This document shows positions 56,974-64,000 of a DNA stretch of 64,000 nt, piece by piece (within the stretch, counting starts at the first letter, position 1; each line of letters begins with the position of its first letter). The position numbers and the translations under genes were made by a program. The DNA comes from Desulfobacterales bacterium (GTDB lineage Bacteria > Desulfobacterota > Desulfobacteria > Desulfobacterales > JAHDSC01): contig JAFGES010000064.1 in NCBI GenBank assembly GCA_016931455.1, positions 13,664 to 77,663 on the forward strand, written 5' to 3'. The notes below the pieces were generated by a model, which saw only the letters and a list, made by a program, of their open reading frames with translations, was not told the DNA's origin and did not search any database.

Positions 56974-57579
56974 ATGGCATTTATAAATCCCAAGACAAAA
57001 GAGGTACAGACCAAAATTGTTTACTATGGTCCTGGAAGAGGGGGAAAAACGACTAATCTGGAGTATATATACAAAAAATTCAATCAGCGTATAAAAACAG
57101 ATATGGTTGTGATCAAAACCCATGGTGATCGAACTTTGTTTTTTGACTTTCTTCCCTTCGACATCGGAAAAATAAAAGGTTATGATATTAAAATTCAACT
57201 TTATACCGTTCCCGGACAAGTTAAATATGATGCAACTCGAAAGTTAGTCTTAAGAGGTGTGGACGGTATTGTTTTTGTTGCTGATTCCCTTGTCGTAAGA
57301 AGAGAGAAAAACATTCTTTCGCTAAAAAATCTTCGAGATAACCTTTCTCTGTACAAGAAGAATATTTCCGATATGCCACTTGTTCTTCAGTATAATAAAC
57401 GAGACCTTGCTGAACAGGGTATACCGCTTCTACCACTTCAGACTCTTGAACAGGACCTTAATAGCCAATTAAAGGTTCCGTCCTTTGAGGCTAGCGCCTT
57501 GTCGGGGACAAATGTTGCCCAAACGATGAAAAAAATAGTGTTAATGACCGTGGCTTCCTTACAGAAACAACTGATATAG
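56974..57579 (+). CDS. mglA: MglA-family Ras-like small GTPase
   Basis: KIVYYGPGRGGKTTNLEYIY, DRTLFFDFLP, LYTVPGQV.YDATRKLVLRGVDGIVFVADS and QYNKRDL are near-colinear with Myxococcus MglA. Confidence 0.9.
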   Translation: MAFINPKTKEVQTKIVYYGPGRGGKTTNLEYIYKKFNQRIKTDMVVIKTHGDRTLFFDFLPFDIGKIKGYDIKIQLYTVPGQVKYDATRKLVLRGVDGIVFVADSLVVRREKNILSLKNLRDNLSLYKKNISDMPLVLQYNKRDLAEQGIPLLPLQTLEQDLNSQLKVPSFEASALSGTNVAQTMKKIVLMTVASLQKQLI

Positions 57580-57590
57580 GAGAAAAAGAA

Positions 57591-58265
57591 TTGGTCGAAG
57601 AGAAAAATGGTTCCATAACTATCGAGGTGGAACAGCGATTGGATGAACTGTTCGGTGACAGTGACAATTCTAGCTTTGATCATTCAAGCCATCATCCGGA
57701 ATTTGAAGATTGTTCCGAAGCCTTGCCTTTCAGAGAATTAAAGTCAGCTGTTTTGTCGATTGATTGGGAAATTACGGATGATGCAATCAATCGCTTTATC
57801 AAACAATTAAATGAAATAAAAAGTGGGTATTCAAAAAATAAGATAATAATAAATATGATTCAGATTCTTAATTCGTTAGCGGTCTATCTTAAAATCAATA
57901 AGGGTAGAGCCCACCCGAACACGATGAAAGTTTTGAAGTCGGTCTTTAGTGGTTTGGAAAAAGTAGCTCTTTCTAAAAAACTATCGGAATCGGAAAAGAA
58001 AAAGACTTTATTTGTTGAGGTTGAAAAATTTAAAGAATTAAAGCAACAAATCATTGCTCTGAAAGCCGATAAGGCCAAAAAAACCGAGGCGAAACCAACT
58101 GAAGAGACGAAATCAAAGGTCAAAGAAACGCAAGAAACGCATTCTGATTCAACTATCCATATGATCTCGGAGAAAGCCTATCGATCTGCATTGGAGGACA
58201 TTAAAAAATTTATTAAAGTTGAATTTGATAAATTGAGAAAGGAATTAAATATGCACTCCTCATGA
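57591..58265 (+). CDS. Hypothetical protein of the MglA cluster (224 aa, K/E-rich C-terminus)
   Basis: ORF in the operon; no family recognised. Confidence 0.5.
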   Translation: MVEEKNGSITIEVEQRLDELFGDSDNSSFDHSSHHPEFEDCSEALPFRELKSAVLSIDWEITDDAINRFIKQLNEIKSGYSKNKIIINMIQILNSLAVYLKINKGRAHPNTMKVLKSVFSGLEKVALSKKLSESEKKKTLFVEVEKFKELKQQIIALKADKAKKTEAKPTEETKSKVKETQETHSDSTIHMISEKAYRSALEDIKKFIKVEFDKLRKELNMHSS

Positions 58266-58386
58266 ATCGGACTCATCTTTGAGAATAATAGTATGTTCCA
58301 ACTATATTCGGATAGCAGTTCGATTAACAATAGATTTTATAAAATACGAGACACTTATATAAAAAAAGCAGAGAGGAGGTTATGCA

Positions 58387-58857
58387 ATGGATATTTCGTC
58401 AGGCGAGATATCTGAAATGGTTTTTACACGTGAGATTAAAAATAACTTGGAGAAAATTTCTCTTGACAGTCAGATGCTCAGTGTACTGATGGAGGTAAAC
58501 GGCGAGAGTAGTCTGATAAAAATTTGTCAAAAAATTAGTATGAATATGAGTACGATACGAAAAGTCATTGATAAACTTTTGAAGCTTGAGCTTATTACAC
58601 CGGTTCAGAATACGGTTTCGATGATAGGTAAGGATTTCTTCAATGCGTTGGATGAGCAGCTTTCATTGGCTATCGGGCCGATTGCCGGTGTTTTGATCGA
58701 AGATGCCGTGATGGATTTAGGATATAATTTGTCACAAGTACCTCAACACCGGGCGGCTGAACTCGTTGGATTGCTTGATCGCGAAATTCTGGACGAAAAA
58801 AAAAAGCTCATCTTTAAACAGAATATGCTTACCCTCATCAAGGAAGAGGGATACTGA
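58387..58857 (+). CDS. Hypothetical 156-aa protein (wHTH-like N-terminus)
   Basis: ORF in the operon with a GGAGG RBS. Confidence 0.5.
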   Translation: MDISSGEISEMVFTREIKNNLEKISLDSQMLSVLMEVNGESSLIKICQKISMNMSTIRKVIDKLLKLELITPVQNTVSMIGKDFFNALDEQLSLAIGPIAGVLIEDAVMDLGYNLSQVPQHRAAELVGLLDREILDEKKKLIFKQNMLTLIKEEGY

Positions 58858-58973
58858 TCAGGATATTTCGGCGGATCAACCCTTTATTTATTAAAATGAT
58901 ATCTGAAAATGAAGGGTGCCGAAATATTTGTATAGGTTTGAAGATATAATGATCTAAATTAAGGAGTTCAGAC

Positions 58974-60305
58974 ATGATTGTTATTTGCGAAGAATGTGGG
59001 AAAAAATATCGTATCGATCCTGCAAAAGCTAACGAAAACAAAATCAGTTTCAAATGCAAAAATTGCGGACATCAGATCATGACTGATATTCCCAATTTTT
59101 CTGTAAAAGAGACAGATTCAAATGATCTATCTGCTGTTTCATCAATTTCTTCTTCTGAGTCAAAAAACGAATCGGTCGCGGAAGAAACATCTAAAACTTT
59201 TTTAAAAACGCAAAAGCGAAATAAGAAAAAGAAAGATTTTCGATTCGGATTGATCGCAAAGGTCGTTACGCCTTTGCTTATTGTTGGCTTGGTGCCCCTT
59301 GCAATATTTTGGGGAATTACGTTTAAACAAACAACAGACCGTATTCGCAGCGATACCGAAAATCTTTCGGCTCAGATCAGCTTGGGCCTTGCCAACCATG
59401 TGGATGAGTGGATTGATAAAAATGTAAGGGTCCTTAAATCACTATCAAAAATGGCTGATATCGTTTCAATGGACCGGATGCAGCAAGAGGCATTTCTTAA
59501 AATTGTCCAAAAGGAATATCCTTGGATGTATCTTGTTTTTACGACTGATGTCAATGGAATCAATGTGGCCAGAAATGATGATGAGCCCTTGAAGGATTAT
59601 TCTGATCGACAATATTACAAGGAAGTCATGAGCGGCAAGGAGTTAGCTTGGCAGACTTTAATTGGGAAAACATCCAAAAAACCGGCGCTTGTTTTAGCCG
59701 TTCCGATTAAAGAGGGTGATAAAATTGTGGGTGTTATGGCCAGCGCAATGGGTATTGATGCAATTTCACAACTGATAGCCAACTGGAAACAAGGAGAAAC
59801 CGGATATGCTTTTCTGGTTGATGAGAAAGGAAAAGTCGTGGCACATCAGAATCAGCAGTATGCGCTTCAATCAAAAAATTTAAGCGCGCATCCATTGGTT
59901 ATGGCTTCAAAAAACGGTCGTAGCGGCGCGGTATATTTTGAAAATGAACTGGGCGAATCAAGTTTGGGGCATGCGAGGAAAACAAACTATGGGTGGGTGT
60001 TAGCCATTCAGCAAGAAGAAAAAGAAATGTTGGATATTTTGAAGCAAGCACAATATTTTGCTTACTTACTTCTGGGTATAACTATTCTTGCGGTTTTATT
60101 TATCGCTTATCTTTCAGGCCGTGCGATTGTTAATCCGATAAGAAGATTAACCAATGCGGCCGACCGTATTAGTATCGGAGAATTAGATGTGAAGATTGAA
60201 TCAAATTCAAAAGATGAAATCGGTGACCTCGCGCAAGCGATTGTGCGAATGCAGGAGAGCATTCGGCTTTCTATCGAGCGCTTGCGTCGCCGTAGAGTAG
60301 CTTAA
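58974..60305 (+). CDS. Sensor protein with no output domain: MJ0042-type zinc ribbon, TM, Cache-like periplasmic domain, TM, HAMP
   Basis: CEECGKKYRI...FKCKNCGH zinc ribbon, a Cache-like region (YPWMYLVFTTDVNG...GYAFLVDEKGKVVAH) and HAMP (RRLTNAADRISIGELDVKI). Confidence 0.7.
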   Translation: MIVICEECGKKYRIDPAKANENKISFKCKNCGHQIMTDIPNFSVKETDSNDLSAVSSISSSESKNESVAEETSKTFLKTQKRNKKKKDFRFGLIAKVVTPLLIVGLVPLAIFWGITFKQTTDRIRSDTENLSAQISLGLANHVDEWIDKNVRVLKSLSKMADIVSMDRMQQEAFLKIVQKEYPWMYLVFTTDVNGINVARNDDEPLKDYSDRQYYKEVMSGKELAWQTLIGKTSKKPALVLAVPIKEGDKIVGVMASAMGIDAISQLIANWKQGETGYAFLVDEKGKVVAHQNQQYALQSKNLSAHPLVMASKNGRSGAVYFENELGESSLGHARKTNYGWVLAIQQEEKEMLDILKQAQYFAYLLLGITILAVLFIAYLSGRAIVNPIRRLTNAADRISIGELDVKIESNSKDEIGDLAQAIVRMQESIRLSIERLRRRRVA

Positions 60306-60315
60306 AGGAAAAATA

Positions 60316-61275
60316 ATGATCATTATTCCTAAAGAAAAACCTGTGATTGAAAATCTCAACAGTTATTACCTCAATGTGCCCAAATTGTTTGAACATTACC
60401 AAGGTGAAATCGGAGCCGGAGGTATCCATTTTAAATCTCCTGCCGCCGAAGGGGTGGTTTTTTTTGATAAAGATGATTTTTTAAACGGGTTTTTTCATGA
60501 TAAAACGACTAAATTATCGGGAAAAAATGCAATTGATTGTCTGATTGAGCCTTCTTCAAAATTTAATTTTTGCATAAATATTTATAGACTTGACTCCGGA
60601 CAAGTCTATTTTTGGGCTAATATGCCGGATGCAAAAAAAATATATAAAAATCTCAGCACGGAGTTCACTAATCTCGAAGCATTAATTAAAAAAATGAGTT
60701 CGGAAAAACTCACCGGTTATATTGATGTGCTTATTAAGGGCGAAAATGAGCGTGGTCTGATCTTTTTTATTAACGGAGAGATTATCGGCGGTTCATACTC
60801 GTGGGGCAAAGGTGAACTCAGTACTTCAGAAGAGAGTCGGGAACGGCTGATCAAAAAGACAAAGGAATACGGCGGAACTTTTGATGTCAACAGAATTCTT
60901 TTAACAAAAAGAAAAGAAAAAGAGGAGGGTATTGAATCTATATCCAAGTTGGAAGAGTTGTTGAACATCTTTGAAGATTTTATAAGATCAAATAAAAAAA
61001 ATAAATTAGATTTTAATACGCTTTTGAGAAAAAAATTTGTGCAAAAAGTAGAACAATATGCTTTTCTAGATCCTTTTACTGCCGAATTTGAATATCTTGA
61101 TCGAAAGATTAAATTTGTTGGAGACGCCGGTGAAGACGATCTATTTAAAGGGGTAACGGAATCGGTTAAAGAATTAGCTGATGAGCTTGATACATTACCT
61201 CAATTTACGAATGTGTTGAGTTCATGGTCTGAGAAATACAGACAGGATCTTGAGCGATTGGCAATTAACTTCTAA
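60316..61275 (+). CDS. Hypothetical protein with two DUF4388/PATAN-like segments (tentative)
   Basis: LTGYIDVLIKGENERGLIFFINGEIIGGSY resembles the PATAN pattern tG.l.v....g.iyf.~G.i..A. Confidence 0.45.
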   Translation: MIIIPKEKPVIENLNSYYLNVPKLFEHYQGEIGAGGIHFKSPAAEGVVFFDKDDFLNGFFHDKTTKLSGKNAIDCLIEPSSKFNFCINIYRLDSGQVYFWANMPDAKKIYKNLSTEFTNLEALIKKMSSEKLTGYIDVLIKGENERGLIFFINGEIIGGSYSWGKGELSTSEESRERLIKKTKEYGGTFDVNRILLTKRKEKEEGIESISKLEELLNIFEDFIRSNKKNKLDFNTLLRKKFVQKVEQYAFLDPFTAEFEYLDRKIKFVGDAGEDDLFKGVTESVKELADELDTLPQFTNVLSSWSEKYRQDLERLAINF

Positions 61276-61366
61276 AGGCGGTTGTTTTTACACGAAGGTT
61301 TTCGAGTCCCTTTGAATTGGGTGGTATCGCAGAGGAATTCATTTCACTTTGACGGATTAAAATTTA

Positions 61367-62404
61367 ATGAAATCAAAATCTTGTCGAATTTTTAATGATC
61401 ATTCAGACATCTGGAATAATGAGTTTATTGATAATATTCCAGTGGCAATTTATCGAACAACTTTTGAAGGTAATCTGGTTTTTTGTAACCGAGCATTGGC
61501 TCAAATCTTTGGCTTTGATACAGTTGAAGAATTAATTGATTACCCGATCATTGATCTTTACCGAAACAAAAGAGACAGAGGCCTTTTGATCCAAGCCCTC
61601 ACAAAACAAGGGCGAGTAGCAGATCTGCCATTGGCATTTATCCAAAAAACAGGAATTCCCATATGGTGTGCAATAACAGCCACGCCTGTTTTTGATGATG
61701 ATGGTTATTTATGCCTTTTAGATGGCATCGTTCGAGACATTACGCAAGAAATCGAAGAAAGTGATACGACGGTCCAATGGATTGACGAAACGATTGATCG
61801 CCTTAAGGATGTCATTATTATTTTTGATCTGCAGGGTGAATTCCTCGACATCAACAAAGCCGGTATAGAATTTTTAGGTATTCCCAAGCAAGATTTACTG
61901 GGCAAACCTTTGTTGGAATTTATTGTTCCCAAATACAGAGATGTTTTACCTCTTTTTTTCGCCGATATCTTGCGAACGGGACGTGAAGGCGGAATTTTAA
62001 CGGTAATGGATAGAAATGATAATGAGCATCATATTGAATTCGATGCCTTTTTAGTCAAGAAGGCCGGTCGAGCGCATCATGTCAAAGGTATTTTCCGGGA
62101 TGTAACCAAACGGATAAAATATCAAAGAGAACGTTTGAAAGAAGAGAAATTTCAAGGTGTTTTAGAAATGGCCGGCGGTGTCGCACACCGACTGAATCAG
62201 CCTTTAACCGTAATTAACAATATAATTAATGAAATTTTAACCGATTTAAAACCGAATTTGCCGATTTTTCAAAAGATTAATCAGTTGAATGAAAATGTTA
62301 ATGATTTAAATGAGATTATAAAAAAAATCGGAAACATAAAAAAATATGAAGCTATGGATTATGTCGCTGGTGTACGGATTGTAGATATCGATAAGGCAAT
62401 ATAA
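61367..62404 (+). CDS. PAS-PAS sensor ending in a HisKA-like H-box, with no HATPase domain
   Basis: Two PAS-like segments (...IVRDITQ..., ...GIFRDVTK...), then GGVAHRLNQPLTVI. The protein ends ~70 aa later. Confidence 0.65.
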   Translation: MKSKSCRIFNDHSDIWNNEFIDNIPVAIYRTTFEGNLVFCNRALAQIFGFDTVEELIDYPIIDLYRNKRDRGLLIQALTKQGRVADLPLAFIQKTGIPIWCAITATPVFDDDGYLCLLDGIVRDITQEIEESDTTVQWIDETIDRLKDVIIIFDLQGEFLDINKAGIEFLGIPKQDLLGKPLLEFIVPKYRDVLPLFFADILRTGREGGILTVMDRNDNEHHIEFDAFLVKKAGRAHHVKGIFRDVTKRIKYQRERLKEEKFQGVLEMAGGVAHRLNQPLTVINNIINEILTDLKPNLPIFQKINQLNENVNDLNEIIKKIGNIKKYEAMDYVAGVRIVDIDKAI

Positions 62405-62506
62405 TATTAAAAATAACTTGGAGATAAGACCCGTGAAAGGGAACAAGTCGTAAAAATGAAAAAAAGAAAGTAACTTATTGAAAAAATTAATCAAGGAGAG
62501 TCAATA

Positions 62507-63571
62507 ATGAGGAACGTTCTAGTTGTTGACGATGACCGGGCGATGTTATCAACGCTCAAAAAAGGGCTTGAAAAGTATGGGAAAAGTATTTCGGTTTTAA
62601 CTGCGGAAGATGGAATAATCGCTACCGAAAAGCTTAAAACCAAGATGATTTCCCTCTTAGTGACAGACTTGAAAATGCCCCGAATGAATGGATTTCACCT
62701 TCTTTCGCATGCCAGGGAACATTACCCGGAAATCCCTGTCATGATTATCACCGGTTACAGCACACCGGAAATCGAGCGACTAACTTCTGAAAAAGGCGCT
62801 GTTGCATGTTTCGGCAAACCTTTCATGATTGAGAATTTGACCGATAATATACTCAAAATTTTGGAGAATCAAGCCAGTGGCGGAAATTTAGGTAATGTCT
62901 CACCGGGTATATTTCTACAGTTGATCGAGATGGAAGAAAGGACCTGTACAATTCGCTTAATGGACGAATTTTCAAAAAATCAGGGTATATTGTTTTTTAA
63001 AGAAGGCGAACTTTATGATGCTCGGGTCAATGGGTTCAGCGGAGATAGGGCGGCATATGAAATTTTTTCATGGGATAAGGTTACCCTTTCTATTGAGAAT
63101 ATCTGTTTCCGGAAAGAAAAAAAAATTTATAGCGACCTACAGTCGATTTTTCTTGAGGCGATGCGATTGAAAGATGAAGCTAATCAAAGCGATGAGTCTC
63201 CGGAAACAAAAGCGATACTGGAAGAAGATGCAGAAACGGTTGAAGCTGAGACAATGCCTGAATCATTGGAAATTGAAGAATCGAAAGTTTTGGATACTAT
63301 TAAAGTCCGGCTGGAAAAAGAGATGGGGGCAAGGTGTGGGTTGGAAGATATTTACCGCGATAATTCATGGGACGACTTGATAGAAAAAATGAAGAAAGTC
63401 GGAACATTTTTTGAAGCCGGTCAACTAAGGCTTGGTTATATTAATAGAGATGAAAAGAATGATCTTATTATATTGCCGTTGAAAGAAACAGCCCTAATCG
63501 CCTTTAATTCTAAAAATCCCAGAGATCGAATCATTCAATTTTTAAGCAACTATTATAGCCAATGGATCTAA
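62507..63571 (+). CDS. Response regulator: receiver plus PATAN (DUF4388) domain plus a C-terminal region
   Basis: VLVVDDD...LLVTDLKMP receiver, then GNLGNVSPGIFLQLIEMEERTCTIRL....QGILFFKEGELYDA...G..AAYEIFSW. Confidence 0.75.
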   Translation: MRNVLVVDDDRAMLSTLKKGLEKYGKSISVLTAEDGIIATEKLKTKMISLLVTDLKMPRMNGFHLLSHAREHYPEIPVMIITGYSTPEIERLTSEKGAVACFGKPFMIENLTDNILKILENQASGGNLGNVSPGIFLQLIEMEERTCTIRLMDEFSKNQGILFFKEGELYDARVNGFSGDRAAYEIFSWDKVTLSIENICFRKEKKIYSDLQSIFLEAMRLKDEANQSDESPETKAILEEDAETVEAETMPESLEIEESKVLDTIKVRLEKEMGARCGLEDIYRDNSWDDLIEKMKKVGTFFEAGQLRLGYINRDEKNDLIILPLKETALIAFNSKNPRDRIIQFLSNYYSQWI

Positions 63572-63627
63572 TTACTTAATCTACGTTCTAAAGGACAAAA
63601 CCGACTAATTTTTGATTAAAGGAAGAT

Positions 63628-63990
63628 ATGAGAAAATTATTTAATGATATTCTTGTCATGGAGCAAGTGAACGGAGTCATGTTAATATCTTTTGAGGGGC
63701 AATTTATTTTTAAAGAATTTTTATCTTCAATTGCTGAATCCGTAGATTTAGAAAATCCCAGTTGGTGGTCATGTATTATCGATTCCCTTAGCGGTATCAA
63801 AGAAGCGGAAATGGTATTTACGAATAAACGACTTTATATAAGAAAAACAAATATTGGCTATCTAATGATATTAATGGGAATTTTTGCTCCAATTGCCATG
63901 ATGAGGCTTAATTGTGACATGCTGATACCGGCTTTAAATCAGGCTAAGGCAAATAAGGGGTTGAAAAGACTATTTAAAAAGAAAACATAA
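63628..63990 (+). CDS. Second small roadblock/LC7-like protein (tentative)
   Basis: 120 aa; VMEQVNGVMLISFEGQFIF pattern; cluster context. Confidence 0.45.
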   Translation: MRKLFNDILVMEQVNGVMLISFEGQFIFKEFLSSIAESVDLENPSWWSCIIDSLSGIKEAEMVFTNKRLYIRKTNIGYLMILMGIFAPIAMMRLNCDMLIPALNQAKANKGLKRLFKKKT

Positions 63991-64000
63991 ACATATATTC

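Noticed and set aside
1-64000. CRISPR arrays, tRNA/rRNA genes, transposases/integrases, and riboswitches upstream of the cys or mutase genes
   Set aside because: I scanned both strands by eye. I found no regularly spaced direct repeats with unique spacers, no tRNA-like T-arm/acceptor pattern, no DDE or tyrosine-recombinase-like ORFs, and no recognisable riboswitch cores. Absence should be confirmed with tRNAscan-SE, Infernal and ISEScan.

Overview
64 kb prokaryotic window in three parts, called by eye from motifs only (no BLAST, HMM or fold search). (A) 1-16.6 kb is one translationally coupled minus-strand operon for a contractile-tail / contractile-injection-system (CIS)-like module. It runs putative cap-lectin fusion, sheath, tube, chaperone-like ORF, a 387-aa low-complexity ORF and a Mu-gp43-N-like ORF. 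Three giant ORFs follow where baseplate and spike genes would be expected: a 1141-aa acidic helical protein with 23-residue repeats, a 1405-aa protein with 12 NHL blades plus a gluzincin-like HEXXH domain, and a protein of at least 1237 aa with 8 peptidoglycan-binding repeats. The last one is missing from the supplied ORF track because it runs off the left edge. (B) 16.6-32.5 kb and 39.6-56 kb are housekeeping genes with somewhat lower GC by eye: rtcA, RluA-type synthase, HD and HD-GYP proteins, MscS, split methylmalonyl-CoA mutase plus meaB, cysE-cysK, and the moxR-DUF58-batA/B/D aerotolerance operon. Several gene remnants (cutA, VOC, panB, an MscS 5' duplicate, a start-less cupin) and a short interspersed GGGAAT/GATAGGGGA repeat family are scattered through this part. 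(C) 32.99-39.42 kb holds two paralogous NLR-like STAND genes: metallophosphoesterase-NACHT-FGE/sulfatase-fold, and TM-NACHT-FGE broken by one frameshift and one TGG-to-TAG stop. Their last 132 nt differ almost only at codon positions 1-2, within otherwise perfectly identical sequence. That is the signature of sister variable regions of a diversity-generating retroelement whose template repeat and reverse transcriptase are not in the window. I rate this the most interesting signal, followed by the atypical CIS operon. The right end (56.3-64 kb) encodes an MglA/MglB-type small-GTPase module with Cache-HAMP, PAS and REC-PATAN partners behind a sigma-54-type promoter. The gene content hints at Desulfobacterota (inference only). 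No rRNA, tRNA, CRISPR array, transposase or integrase was recognised.
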